Origin: Zoogloea sp.
GTDB lineage: Bacteria > Pseudomonadota > Gammaproteobacteria > Burkholderiales > Rhodocyclaceae
Assembly: GCF_017302315.1 (NCBI RefSeq)
Contig: NZ_JAFLDT010000005.1
Location: 13,815-77,814, forward strand
Reading direction: 5' to 3'
Length of the DNA: 64,000 nt
Within the stretch, counting starts at the first letter, position 1. Every line of letters starts with the position of its first letter. The position numbers were made by a program, and so were the translations under genes. This document shows, piece after piece, positions 18,207-27,862 of the stretch. The notes below the pieces were generated by a model. That model worked only from the letters and a program-made list of their open reading frames with translations. It did no database searches and was not told the DNA's origin.

Positions 18207-19113
18207 AGGTGGGGCCGATGATGGATGCGCCCGGCTCGATGCGCACGCTGGAGCCGATGTACACGGGGCCGACGATCTGGACGCTGTCCCAGGCGATGGA
18301 GGTGTTGGGGCCGACCCAGACGCCGGGGCGGATCTCTTTGCCGGGCATGTCCATCTGGGCGACTTCGCCATTGAGCACGCGCATGAGCACCGACCAGTAG
18401 TCGCTCAAGCGGCCGATGTCGATCCAGTTGAAGAAGCGCTTTTGGGCAAAGAAGGGAAGCTCCTTTTCAACCAGCATGGGGAAGAGCTCGCTGCCGATGT
18501 CGAAGGTTTGGCCGGAGGGCACGAGGTCGAGCACGGAGGGCTCGAAGATGTAGATGCCGGTGCTGGCCAGGTTGGACTTGGCCTCTTCGGGGGAGGGCTT
18601 TTCCTGGAAGGACTTGATGCGGCCGTTGGAGTCGGTAACGACGATGCCGTAGTTCTTGACTTGATCCTGGGGAACTTCGAGGGTGACGACGCTGGCGACC
18701 GCTTGCTTGGCGCGGTGCTCGTGGAGGGCCGCCCCGATGTCGAGATCGATGATGGCGTCGCCGCAGATGACCAGCGTTGTTTCGTCGAAGAAACCGCTGA
18801 AATCCTGGATCTTGCGCATGCCGCCGGCGGAGCCCACGGGCTTGGGAACGATCTCGCCGTGATCACGGACACCTTCGTAGGAGTAGCCGATGGTGACGCC
18901 CCAGCGGTGCCCGTCGCCAAAGTAGTTCTCGATCTTGTAGTGGTTGTAGGCCACGTTGATCATGATCTCTTTGATGCCAAAACGGGCGAGATGCTCAACG
19001 AGGTATTCCATCACCGGCTTGCCGAGGATGGGCACCATGGGCTTGGGTACGTTCTTGGTGAGGGGTCTGACCCGCGTTCCCTGGCCAGCCGCCAGGATCA
19101 TTGCCTTTGCCAC
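18007..19113 (-). CDS. NDP-sugar pyrophosphorylase with C-terminal LbH, resembling cyanobacterial CugP (non-GalU UDP-glucose pyrophosphorylase)
   Basis: KAMILAAGQGTRVRPLT, YSYEG, GSAGGMRKIQDF, FQEKP, WIDIG, GPVYIG, ILFEYTRI, WGDAR. The family call is firm; the CugP call comes from recalled sequence similarity. Confidence 0.85.
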   Translation of the reverse strand: MAKAMILAAGQGTRVRPLTKNVPKPMVPILGKPVMEYLVEHLARFGIKEIMINVAYNHYKIENYFGDGHRWGVTIGYSYEGVRDHGEIVPKPVGSAGGMRKIQDFSGFFDETTLVICGDAIIDLDIGAALHEHRAKQAVASVVTLEVPQDQVKNYGIVVTDSNGRIKSFQEKPSPEEAKSNLASTGIYIFEPSVLDLVPSGQTFDIGSELFPMLVEKELPFFAQKRFFNWIDIGRLSDYWSVLMRVLNGEVAQMDMPGKEIRPGVWVGPNTSIAWDSVQIVGPVYIGSSVRIEPGASIIGPTWIGHGSHIKSRARVERSILFEYTRIALGQSFSEMIVSPQYCVNRSGDAYYVGDDECPLRWGDARGG

Positions 19114-19278
19114 GATGGAGCTCTCCGGTAGTTGCATACGTTGCATCGCTGTTGCGCCCGCCGCGAGCCGGCGCAAGACGCGAGCCGGTTGACGCCACAG
19201 TTATTTACAATGAATTCTACCAGTTTGCTCGAAGGAATTCGCCGATGCTTGGCGATGTTTCATGACGTTCTCGTGAAA

Positions 19279-19716
19279 TCAAACACGGCTTGCCCAGGTT
19301 TTGACTTCTGCGGCGACGAGGTTGTAGGCGGCAAGATGGGCACCGCTGCCCCGTTGATAGGGGTCGGGAACCTCCTGCTTGCTCCAATGGCCAAGCAGGA
19401 AGGTTTTGCCGCGGGCGGTGGGGTCGAGGGCGACGACGTAGTCCAGGTGGTGCTTTTGCATGACGAGGATGAGATCGGCCCAACGGGTATGGCTTTGGGC
19501 GATCTGGCGGGCATGGTGCGGAGCCATGGAGACGCCGAGCTGATCGGTGAAGGCCAGGGCCGCATCATCGGCAGGGTGATTCACCAGGGCGCCAATGCCG
19601 GCCGACTGCACCTCGATGGCACGCCCCGCAGCAGTGAGTTCGTGCCGCAACAGGTATTCGGCAACCGGGCTGCGGCAGATGTTGCCCGTGCAGACTGTGA
19701 GGATTTTCTGGAACAC
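19279..19716 (-). CDS. wzb: Low-molecular-weight protein tyrosine phosphatase (Wzb-like)
   Basis: VCTGNICRSP active-site loop and DPY motif. GTG start at 19716. Confidence 0.9.
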   Translation of the reverse strand: MFQKILTVCTGNICRSPVAEYLLRHELTAAGRAIEVQSAGIGALVNHPADDAALAFTDQLGVSMAPHHARQIAQSHTRWADLILVMQKHHLDYVVALDPTARGKTFLLGHWSKQEVPDPYQRGSGAHLAAYNLVAAEVKTWASRV

Positions 19717-19836
19717 GAGTAGTGAAAAGCCTGGAAGGAAGGCCGTGATTTTACGCCGATACCACCCCCGCAAGAAATGCATAGTGCACATTGCGGCCCG
19801 ACTTGGCGGGTGCGGCCCGTGAGGGATAAACGGGCC

Positions 19837-19874
19837 AAAATACAAAAGCCGCCCAAGGGCGGCTTTTGTATTTT
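19837..19874 (-). terminator. Intrinsic terminator of the tRNA operon
   Basis: Perfect inverted repeat aaaatacaaaagccgccc-aa-gggcggcttttgtatttt directly after the last tRNA. Confidence 0.85.
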
Positions 19875-19901
19875 TCGAGCCCATCAAAGGCTTCGAGATG
19901 T

Positions 19902-19978
19902 TGGCGGAGTGGACGGGACTCGAACCCGCGACCCCCGGCGTGACAGGCCGGTATTCTAACCAACTGAACTACCACTCC
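19902..19978 (-). tRNA. tRNA-Asp(GTC)
   Basis: 77 nt cloverleaf, GTTCGA T-loop, encoded CCA, anticodon GTC. Confidence 0.97.
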
Positions 19979-20041
19979 ATTTACTGATGACTTCAGTGCT
20001 TGACTGAATCGCCTGCACTAATGCTGCAGGACTTTGCATCC

Positions 20042-20117
20042 TGGCGTCCCCACGGGGATTCGAACCCCGGTTATCGCCGTGAAAGGGCGGTGTCCTAGGC
20101 CTCTAGACGATGGGGAC
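20042..20117 (-). tRNA. tRNA-Glu(TTC)
   Basis: 76 nt, anticodon TTC, CCA end. Confidence 0.97.
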
Positions 20118-20133
20118 TTGACACTGAATTTTG

Positions 20134-20209
<76 letters not shown>

Positions 20210-20256
20210 ACGATACTGCCAACTGCTCAGGCCCCTACCCTGGAACCTGCCTTTCT

Positions 20257-20332
20257 TGGCGTCCCCACGGGGATTCGAACCCCGGTTATCGCCGTGAAAG
20301 GGCGGTGTCCTAGGCCTCTAGACGATGGGGAC
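20257..20332 (-). tRNA. tRNA-Glu(TTC)
   Basis: Identical to 20042-20117. Confidence 0.97.
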
Positions 20333-20377
20333 CTGCTGACCGACAACAAAGGGGCCAAGGCCCCTTATGCAAAACGT

Positions 20378-20454
20378 TGGCGGAGTGGACGGGACTCGAA
20401 CCCGCGACCCCCGGCGTGACAGGCCGGTATTCTAACCAACTGAACTACCACTCC
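20378..20454 (-). tRNA. tRNA-Asp(GTC)
   Basis: Identical to 19902-19978. Confidence 0.97.
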
Positions 20455-20520
20455 ATTTACCCAGCCATTCAGCTTGCTTCAGCTAAATGCGCCTGCCATG
20501 CTGCCGCAGGACTTGAATTT

Positions 20521-20596
20521 TGGCGTCCCCACGGGGATTCGAACCCCGGTTATCGCCGTGAAAGGGCGGTGTCCTAGGCCTCTAGACGATGGGGAC
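20521..20596 (-). tRNA. tRNA-Glu(TTC)
   Basis: Identical to the other Glu copies. Confidence 0.97.
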
Positions 20597-20612
20597 CCGG
20601 TATTGCTTTTGT

Positions 20613-20688
<76 letters not shown>

Positions 20689-20700
20689 GTCCAACGAAGA

Positions 20701-20733
20701 CCGCATTATAGGTGTCGAACTGTGCTTTGTAAA
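20701..20733 (-). promoter_or_regulatory. Sigma70 promoter of the tRNA operon
   Basis: Minus strand TTTACA-N17-TATAAT followed by the GC-rich discriminator GCGG. Confidence 0.85.
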
Positions 20734-20893
20734 CCACTTTTTGCGCCAAACACCTTGAAGATGCGTGCTTGCGATCTTCACTATAGATGGAATTGCGCCC
20801 GGTTTTGTGAAGCAAGGCAGAAACGACAAGTTGCCGCCCAGGGGCGACAGAAATCGCCCCCGGGGCGTTTGGTGCGATCACCCGGCAGAAATG

Positions 20894-20919
20894 AAAACGG
20901 CGGCTTGCGCCGCCGTTTT
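20894..20919 (-). terminator. Intrinsic terminator of the PEP-CTERM gene
   Basis: aaaacggcggc-ttgc-gccgccgtttt. Confidence 0.8.
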
Positions 20920-20942
20920 GACCTGCACGAAGCAAGCTACGA

Positions 20943-21764
20943 TCAGGCAGCCTTGCGACGACGGGCAGCCGCCAGGCCAGCCAGGCCGAGGCCGAGCATG
21001 CCAAGGGTGGCGGGTTCCGGAACGGTGAAGAGAACACCATTGGCGGCGAAGGTGCCATCAATGACGGCGTTGCGGTTGCCAGCAGGCAGACCGAACGGAT
21101 TGACCGCCGGCAGGTTGTCGAGGGCCAGCAGTGCGTCTTCGAAGCTGCCACCAACGAGGTTGGTTTCGTCGATCAGGATTTCGATGGAGTCTTGGAACAG
21201 CTTGTAGGACACATCAACCGTGCCGGAAACCGGATTGACGAGGAAGGAGCCCAGGCCCAGCAGGGTGCCGAACAGGGACGTGGCGCCCGCACCGCTGATG
21301 GTGATCGCGCCGGTGGTGTAGGGGATGGACTGCAGAACGCCATCCAGCTTCAGGGTGGTGGCGCCGACGCCGTTGAAGTCGAACTCAACCAGGCTGCTGG
21401 TGGTGTTGGTGACCGCCACGTTGCCACCGCCGACCTTGGTGGTGGTGGGGTACACGGCGCCCAGATCAGGACCGGCGATGCCGTCGTAGTCGATCAGGGA
21501 GGAGGTGCCGGCAAGGGCGTAGATGTTGTAGTTGCCGGCGGGCGGCACCTGGATGGTGACCTTGCCATCAACGTTGGTCAGGGTGACCTTGAACTGGTTA
21601 TTGGAAGGATCAGGGAGCGTGGGGCCGGCGGTGTTGATGCCGAAGTCGGAGATTACGAAATCACCGGTCAGGCCGGCGAAGGTGGTGGCGTAGCCGGCAG
21701 CGAAAGAGGCCGAGCTGGCGGTGGCGAGGGCCGCGACGGTAGCGGCTACAGCGAATTTCTTCAT
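20943..21764 (-). CDS. PEP-CTERM sorting-domain protein
   Basis: Signal peptide, Thr/Gly/Asn-rich body, and the C-terminal tail VPEPATLGMLGLGLAGLAAARRRKAA. Confidence 0.95.
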   Translation of the reverse strand: MKKFAVAATVAALATASSASFAAGYATTFAGLTGDFVISDFGINTAGPTLPDPSNNQFKVTLTNVDGKVTIQVPPAGNYNIYALAGTSSLIDYDGIAGPDLGAVYPTTTKVGGGNVAVTNTTSSLVEFDFNGVGATTLKLDGVLQSIPYTTGAITISGAGATSLFGTLLGLGSFLVNPVSGTVDVSYKLFQDSIEILIDETNLVGGSFEDALLALDNLPAVNPFGLPAGNRNAVIDGTFAANGVLFTVPEPATLGMLGLGLAGLAAARRRKAA

Positions 21765-21875
21765 GAGGTCTCTCCAATACAGGTCAAACGGATTTCAGAT
21801 CTTTACGTGCCGACCCTGATCAGATGAATCGCTGATTTTTTGGGCAGGCCCTTTAAGGCGATGTGCCGAAAAAAG

Positions 21876-21892
21876 AGCAATAAGCGTGCCGA
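21876..21892 (-). promoter_or_regulatory. Sigma54 -24/-12 promoter of the PEP-CTERM gene
   Basis: Minus strand TCGGCACGCTTATTGCT, a near-consensus GGCACG-N4-TTGC. Confidence 0.85.
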
Positions 21893-21954
21893 AAGCGAAA
21901 TATCACATTAATTCATGGGTTTATTGTTTCTGACAAAACGCTGGTACGTGTGAT

Positions 21955-21973
21955 TGTAAAATTTGCCGACACA
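21955..21973. promoter_or_regulatory. TGT-N11-ACA enhancer (PEP-CTERM-box-like), copy 2
   Basis: tgtaaaatttgccgacaca, about 65 bp upstream of the -24 GG and identical to 14779-14797. Confidence 0.8.
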
Positions 21974-22009
21974 GACCCGCAGGCTACGGACATCGAACCC
22001 AAACTGGGC

Positions 22010-23437
22010 TCAATCTGCCGCCCTTCTCCCCTGCAGAACCTTGCCCGGGTTCATCAGGCCTCGGGGGTCGAGCGCGTACTTGATGCGGTGCATGAGTTCC
22101 AGCTCGACGGCGGGTTTGTAGGCAGGAAGCAGCGCCCGTTTGAGCTGACCGATGCCGTGCTCGGCAGAGATGGAGCCGCCCAGTTCATGCACCAGATCAT
22201 GCACCACGCGCCCCACCTCTTCGGTGCGGGCGATGAAGGCCGCGTTTTCGTCGTGGCGAGGGCGGGACTGGTTGTAGTGGAGGTTGCCGTCGCCCACGTG
22301 CCCGAAGGCGACGATACGCAGGCCGGGGTAGCAGGCTTCCAGGGCGGCGCCGGCGCGGTCGAGGAATTCGGGAATGGCACTGACGGGCACGGCGATGTCG
22401 TGCTTGATGCTGACACCTTCGCGCTTCTGGGCTTCGGAGATGTTCTCGCGCAGGCTCCACAGGGCGGTGGCCTGGGCCTGGCTGGCGGCGACGGTGCCAT
22501 CGAGGACGGCACCGTCGCCGATGGCGGTGGCGAGTTCGGCTTCGAGGACGGCGGCGAGGTCGACACTGATGAGGGTGTCGGTGAGTTCGACGAGCACATA
22601 CCAGGGGTGCGCCTGGGACAGCGGATCGCGGGCGCCGGGGATGTGCTGCAGGACGAGGTCGAGGGACGGGCGGCTGATGAGTTCGAAGGCGGTGACCCGG
22701 TCGCCCGCCACACTGCGCAGGCGGGAGAGCAGTTCGACCGCGGCGGCGGGGCTGGCCACGGCGAGCCAGGCGGTGACGGTCTGGCGCGGTTTGGCGAAGA
22801 GCTTGAGGGTGGCGGCGGTGATGATGCCGAGGGTGCCTTCGGCGCCGATGAAGAGGTGTTTGAGGTCGTAGCCGGTGTTGTCCTTGCGCAGGGCGCGCAG
22901 GCCGTTCCAGATCTGGCCATCAGGCAGGACGACTTCGAGGCCGAGGACCAGCTCGCGGGTGTTGCCGTAGCGCAGCACCTGCACGCCGCCCGCATTGGTG
23001 GAGATGACGCCGCCGACCTCGCAGCTACCTTCGCTGGCGAGGGACAGGGGGAACAGGCGCCCTGCCCCGTCGGCGGCGGCCTGAACGTCGGCCAGGGTGA
23101 CACCGGCGTCGACGGTGATGGCGTTGTTGGCGGGGTCGACGCTGCGGATCTTGCGCAGGCGGGAGAGATTGACGACGACCGCCTTGCCGTCCGCCAGGGG
23201 CGTGGCGCCGCCGCACAGGCCGGTGTTACCCCCCTGGGGCACGATCGGCACACCGACGGCCGCGCAGGCCTGCACCACGGCAGCCACCTGGGCCGTGTCG
23301 GCGGGCAGGACGACAGCCAGCGCGGTACCGGTGTAGCGGCCCCGCCAATCGGTGAGGTAGGGCGAAGTGGCGGATGGGTCGGTGAGGCAGTGGGCGGAGC
23401 CGACGAGGGTACGGAGGGTGTCGAAGAGCGGCGTCAT
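22010..23437 (-). CDS. FAD-binding oxidoreductase (GlcD/D-2-hydroxyglutarate dehydrogenase family)
   Basis: PQGGNTGLCGG, STNAGG, KDNTGYDL, GAEGTLG, HVGDGNLHYN, SAEHGIG, DPRGLMNPGK. Confidence 0.92.
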   Translation of the reverse strand: MTPLFDTLRTLVGSAHCLTDPSATSPYLTDWRGRYTGTALAVVLPADTAQVAAVVQACAAVGVPIVPQGGNTGLCGGATPLADGKAVVVNLSRLRKIRSVDPANNAITVDAGVTLADVQAAADGAGRLFPLSLASEGSCEVGGVISTNAGGVQVLRYGNTRELVLGLEVVLPDGQIWNGLRALRKDNTGYDLKHLFIGAEGTLGIITAATLKLFAKPRQTVTAWLAVASPAAAVELLSRLRSVAGDRVTAFELISRPSLDLVLQHIPGARDPLSQAHPWYVLVELTDTLISVDLAAVLEAELATAIGDGAVLDGTVAASQAQATALWSLRENISEAQKREGVSIKHDIAVPVSAIPEFLDRAGAALEACYPGLRIVAFGHVGDGNLHYNQSRPRHDENAAFIARTEEVGRVVHDLVHELGGSISAEHGIGQLKRALLPAYKPAVELELMHRIKYALDPRGLMNPGKVLQGRRAAD

Positions 23438-23530
23438 GGTGGACTGCAGTGATGGGGTCGAATGAATTCGACCCTACAGGAAAACGCGGGGCACGGCTGC
23501 GTTTGTGGGGTCGAGGTGTCGGGGCGACTC

Positions 23531-23630
23531 GTAGGGGCGACTTCAGTCGCCCATCCACGCGTCGATCACAGCCAGACCGTTAATCAAAGTCCGTGGGCGA
23601 CTGAAGTCGCCCCTACAGGTCGCCCCTACA
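23531..23630. repeat. GTAG-type REP doublet with an extra partial copy
   Basis: gtaggggcgacttcagtcgccc...gggcgactgaagtcgcccctaca-ggtcgcccctaca. Confidence 0.9.
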
Positions 23631-23638
23631 GGCGCCGC

Positions 23639-24556
23639 CTAGCGGCCGAGCGCCCGGGCGATGGCGGGTAGGGCGAGCTCGACGGCGGCTTCGCCTTCGG
23701 CGATGGCTTCGGCGCCGCGGTGGAAGTCCATGAGCCCGAGCTGGGCAAGGCGCGGTGAGATGAGGACGTCGGCGGGCTCACCCGCCAGGCGGCTGCGGGC
23801 GATGCGGACGGACATGATGGCGATGCTGCTTTGCATGACGCTGAGCATGGAGGGCAGGCTTTCGTCGGCGCCCTCCTCCACATCGGCGGCCTGTTTGCCA
23901 TTGATGCCGAAGCGGGAGAGCAGCTTGCGCGACCACCCGCCGGGGGCTTCGGCAGCGGCTTCGACCGGGTGGCGGTTGCGCCAGGCCCAACCAACGGCAT
24001 CTGAGTTGAGCTCGACGGCGATGACGACATCGGCACCCATGGCACGGGCCAGGGAGACGGGTACCGGGTTGACCAGGCCGCCATCCACGAGCAGACGTCC
24101 ATCCTGCCACGTTGGGGCCATGAGGCCGGGCAAGGCGATGGAGGCGCGCACGGCACTGGAGACACTGCCGTCCCGCAGCCAGACTTCGTGGCCGCTGTGG
24201 AGATCCGTGGCGACACAGCCGAAGGTGTGGGGCAAGGCGGTGAAGTCGCGGTCGACGAACTGGCGTTCGAAGAAGGCCATGAGCTTGTCGCCCTTGAGCA
24301 GGCCGCCGCGCAGGCCCATGTCCATCAGGCCGACCACGTCCTGCCAGCCCAGGGTTTCGACCCAGGCGCCGAGCTTTTCGGTGTCGCCGGCTGCGGCGAC
24401 GGCGCCGACGAAGGCGCCGATGGAGCAACCGCTGATGATCTGTGGCTCGATGCCCTCCCGCGCCAGCGCCCGCAGCACACCGATATGCGCCCACCCGCGG
24501 GCGGAACCGCTGCCAAGGGCGATGCCGATGCGAGGGGGGCGTTTGCGGCGGGTCAT
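23639..24556 (-). CDS. rssA: Patatin-like phospholipase (RssA family)
   Basis: ALGSGSARGWAHIG, GCSIG nucleophile, LVDGGLVNP. Confidence 0.88.
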   Translation of the reverse strand: MTRRKRPPRIGIALGSGSARGWAHIGVLRALAREGIEPQIISGCSIGAFVGAVAAAGDTEKLGAWVETLGWQDVVGLMDMGLRGGLLKGDKLMAFFERQFVDRDFTALPHTFGCVATDLHSGHEVWLRDGSVSSAVRASIALPGLMAPTWQDGRLLVDGGLVNPVPVSLARAMGADVVIAVELNSDAVGWAWRNRHPVEAAAEAPGGWSRKLLSRFGINGKQAADVEEGADESLPSMLSVMQSSIAIMSVRIARSRLAGEPADVLISPRLAQLGLMDFHRGAEAIAEGEAAVELALPAIARALGR

Positions 24557-24635
24557 GGCTTTACCGTGGGATCGAATTCATTCCGGGAGCCTCGATTTGA
24601 CGCGCCGCCCCGGGGGCAAAATGCAGAGGCGAATT

Positions 24636-24799
24636 GTAGGGGCTGTAGGGGCGACTTCAGTCGCCCAACACGCGTTGATCACGGACATACCCTTGATCGG
24701 AGTCCGTGGGCGACTGAAGTCGCCCCTACAGCTGATCCGCACGTAATACCAGGCGGCGTCCGTTGATCGGAGTCCGCGAGTGACTGAAGTCGCCCCTAC
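24636..24799. repeat. GTAG-type REP cluster (doublet plus a third REP)
   Basis: gtaggggcgacttcagtcgccc...gggcgactgaagtcgcccctaca...gagtgactgaagtcgcccctac. Confidence 0.9.
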
Positions 24800-24842
24800 G
24801 GGGCGGGAATCCCTGGCTTTCGCCTGCTTCAGGCATCCGCGC

Positions 24843-26168
24843 TTAAAGCGGCTCGGCGTAGAGGTCGTGCACATCGCAGTCGGTGATGCGGACGCGGGCG
24901 AATTCGCCGGGTTCGAGGTGCTCGCCGGCCGGGATGATGACGAGGCCATCGATGTCGGGGGCGTCGCCGGGCGAGCGGGCCAAGGCGCCGTCGTCGTCGA
25001 TCTCGTCCACCAGCACGGTCATCTCGCGGCCGATGAAGCGTTCGAGGCGTTCGGTGGAGATGTCTTCCTGGAATTCCATGAGCTGCTGGCGACGCTCTTC
25101 GCGGATTTCGTCGGGAACGGCTCCGGGCAGTTCGTTGGCGGCGGCACCTTCAACCGGCGAGTAGGCAAAGGCGCCCACGCGGTCGAGCTTGGCTTCTTCG
25201 AGGAACTGGAGAAGTTCTTCGAACTCGGCGTCGGTCTCGCCAGGAAAGCCGGTGATGAAGGTGGAGCGGATGGTGAGGTCGGGGCAGATCTCGCGCCAGC
25301 GACGCACGCGCTCAAGGTTGTTCTCGGCGCTGGCCGGGCGCTTCATGGCCTTGAGGATGCGGGGGCTGGCGTGCTGGAAGGGCACGTCGAGGTAGGGCAG
25401 GACCTTGCCTTCGGCCATCAGCGGGATGATGTCGTCCACGCTGGGGTAGGGATAGACGTAGTGCAGGCGCACCCATACACCCAGCTCGCCAAGGGCGTTG
25501 CACAGGTCGTAGAGCTTGGTGCGCATGGGCTTGCCGCCCCAGAAGCCGGTGCGGTACTTGGTGTCGACGCCGTAGGCGGAGGTGTCCTGGGAGACGACGA
25601 GGAGCTCCTTGACGCCGGCATTGACGAGGTTTTCGGCCTCGCGCATGACATCGCCGATGGGCCGGCTGACCAAGTCGCCGCGCAGGGACGGGATGATGCA
25701 GAAGGTACAGCGGTGGTTGCAGCCTTCGGAAATCTTGAGGTAGGCGTAGTGATCGGGGGTGAGCTTGATGCCCTGGGGCGGGATCAGGTCGATGAAGGGG
25801 TCGTGGGGCTTGGGCAGGTGCTTGTGCACCTCGTGCATGACCTCTTCGGTGGCATGGGGGCCGGTGACGGCGAGCACTTGCGGGTGAGCCGCCAGGACGA
25901 CGTCGTCCTTGGCACCCAGGCAGCCCGTGACGATGACCTTGCCGTTCTCGGCGAGGGCTTCGCCGATGGCGTCGAGGGACTCTTCCACCGCGGAATCGAT
26001 GAAGCCGCAGGTGTTGATCACCACCAGGTCGGAGCCTTCATAGGAGGGGGATATCTCGTAGCCTTCGGCCCGCAGGCGGGTAAGGATGTGCTCGGAGTCC
26101 ACCAATGCCTTGGGGCACCCGAGCGAAACGAACCCCACCTTGGGGGCGGCGAGCTTGGATTGGGTCAT
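24843..26168 (-). CDS. rimO: Ribosomal protein S12 methylthiotransferase
   Basis: [16 protein letters not shown], radical [12 protein letters not shown]-terminal TRAM domain. Confidence 0.97.
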   Translation of the reverse strand: MTQSKLAAPKVGFVSLGCPKALVDSEHILTRLRAEGYEISPSYEGSDLVVINTCGFIDSAVEESLDAIGEALAENGKVIVTGCLGAKDDVVLAAHPQVLAVTGPHATEEVMHEVHKHLPKPHDPFIDLIPPQGIKLTPDHYAYLKISEGCNHRCTFCIIPSLRGDLVSRPIGDVMREAENLVNAGVKELLVVSQDTSAYGVDTKYRTGFWGGKPMRTKLYDLCNALGELGVWVRLHYVYPYPSVDDIIPLMAEGKVLPYLDVPFQHASPRILKAMKRPASAENNLERVRRWREICPDLTIRSTFITGFPGETDAEFEELLQFLEEAKLDRVGAFAYSPVEGAAANELPGAVPDEIREERRQQLMEFQEDISTERLERFIGREMTVLVDEIDDDGALARSPGDAPDIDGLVIIPAGEHLEPGEFARVRITDCDVHDLYAEPL

Positions 26169-26226
26169 GCGTAAAAACCTGTGGGGATGAAGTGCAGGGG
26201 CCGCGTCGATTGCGCGGCCCCGTTTT

Positions 26227-26832
26227 TTATTTCTTGGGAGTGGCCGGCGGAGCGGCGTCGGGCGCCGGTGCGGCACTCTTGTCACCGGCAAGGCCGGAGG
26301 GGAAGCCGGGGAAGGGGAAGCCGGAGAAGAGGTTGCGGGTCTGGCTGTCCAGTTGCTCCTGCATCTGGGCATACATCTTCTTGCTCTGCTCCATGTAGGC
26401 ACCCATCATGCTCTGCATGGCCGGCCCCTGGAAGTTCAGAAACTGGGCCCAGAGGTCTTGATTGACGGTGGCGTTTTCGCCATACACCGAGCGGACTTGC
26501 TCCTGGAGCTTGGCCTGCATGTCGGTGAAGGCCTTGATGTTGTTCTCGAGATACTTGCCCATCATGCCCTGCATGGCATTGCCATAGAAGCGGATCATCT
26601 GGGAAAGAAGGTCGCTGGTGAACATGGGGGCGCCACCGGCTTCCTCTTCGAGGATGATCTGCAGCAGGATGTTGCGGGTCAGGTCTTCGCCGCTTTTGGC
26701 GTCAACAACCTGGAAGATACCGTGTTCAAGGACGAGTTCCTTCACGTCTGCGAGCGTGATGTAGGAGCTAGTCTGGGTGTCGTAAAGGCGGCGGTTCGGG
26801 TACTTTTTTATCAGGCGAATCTGATCGGCCAT
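26227..26832 (-). CDS. phaR: PHA synthesis repressor
   Basis: [20 protein letters not shown], in a pha cluster. Confidence 0.95.
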   Translation of the reverse strand: MADQIRLIKKYPNRRLYDTQTSSYITLADVKELVLEHGIFQVVDAKSGEDLTRNILLQIILEEEAGGAPMFTSDLLSQMIRFYGNAMQGMMGKYLENNIKAFTDMQAKLQEQVRSVYGENATVNQDLWAQFLNFQGPAMQSMMGAYMEQSKKMYAQMQEQLDSQTRNLFSGFPFPGFPSGLAGDKSAAPAPDAAPPATPKK

Positions 26833-27030
26833 TCGTGTCTTCTCCTCGGCGATGAAATTCGCCATTGCCGATTATACTGCGGTGCGCAAAAAAAAACCCT
26901 GCCCCGCTGCGGGTTTACCGTGATGGGTGTTGCACGATGATGCATGTGTCGCGGGCACTGATTCAGGAGGGCGATTGCGGTCGTCCGGACAAGGCCCGGG
27001 TCACGTGCCGCGCCTGCCCGCGCAAAAAAA

Positions 27031-27056
27031 CAAAACCCCGCCGAAGCGGGGTTTTG
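27031..27056 (-). terminator. Intrinsic terminator after the phaB paralogs
   Basis: caaaaccccgc-cgaa-gcggggttttg with an adjacent A-run (U-tract on the minus strand). Confidence 0.8.
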
Positions 27057-27080
27057 CGCGATGCATACTGCGACAGCGTA

Positions 27081-27821
27081 TTACTGGTAGTACAGACCGC
27101 CGTTCACGTTCAGGGTGGCGCCAGTGACGTAGCCAGCCAGATCGGAAGCCAGGTAGACCACAGCAGCACCGATTTCTTCCGGCTTGCCAAGGCGCTTGAC
27201 GGGCACGGTGTCGATGATGGCGTTGCGGACTTCTTCCTTGATGGCCATGACCATGTCGGTGCCGATGTAGCCCGGGGCAATGGCGTTACAGGTAACGCCC
27301 TTGGTGGCCAGCTCGGCAGCCAGGGCCTTGGTGAAGCCGATGACACCGGCCTTGGCGGCGGAGTAGTTGGTCTGGCCGGCCTGGCCCTTGACGCCGTTCA
27401 CCGAGGAGATGTTGATGATGCGGCCAAAGCCACGCTCTGCCATCTTGGGGGAGATGGAGTGGGTGACGTTGAACAGGCTGGTGAGGTTGGTCGCAATGAC
27501 CGCGTCCCACTGACCCTTTTCCATCTTCGGGAAGAATTTGTCGCGGGTGATGCCGGCGTTGTTCACCAGGATGTCGATGGGGCCGACTTCGGTGGCGATG
27601 GCCTCAACGGCCGCCTTGCACTGCTCGTAGTCGGAGACGTCGAACCCGTACAGCGGGATGTCGAGGCCTTCCGCCTTGCGGGCCTCAACCCATGCGTCCT
27701 TGGCGGGATCGCCCGGGAAGAAGTTGCCCACCACGCGGACACCTGCGGCGGCGAGGGATTTGCAGATCGCAGTGCCGAGACCACCAACTGCGCCAGTAAC
27801 AAGAGCGATGCGTTGAGTCAT
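27081..27821 (-). CDS. phaB: Acetoacetyl-CoA reductase, paralog 2
   Basis: SDR with TGAVGGLG, NNAGITRD, NYSAAK, LNVNGGLYYQ. Confidence 0.88.
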   Translation of the reverse strand: MTQRIALVTGAVGGLGTAICKSLAAAGVRVVGNFFPGDPAKDAWVEARKAEGLDIPLYGFDVSDYEQCKAAVEAIATEVGPIDILVNNAGITRDKFFPKMEKGQWDAVIATNLTSLFNVTHSISPKMAERGFGRIINISSVNGVKGQAGQTNYSAAKAGVIGFTKALAAELATKGVTCNAIAPGYIGTDMVMAIKEEVRNAIIDTVPVKRLGKPEEIGAAVVYLASDLAGYVTGATLNVNGGLYYQ

Positions 27822-27862
27822 TTCACTTTCCTTTTGTTGCAGTGCCAGAGAGAGAGTGGCGA

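Noticed and set aside
23521-24800. Palindromic ~22-bp repeats as CRISPR repeats or integron attC sites
   Set aside because: They occur as inverted doublets with conserved linkers at scattered intergenic sites and start with GTAG, which fits REP. There are no unique spacers, no cas genes and no integron integrase.
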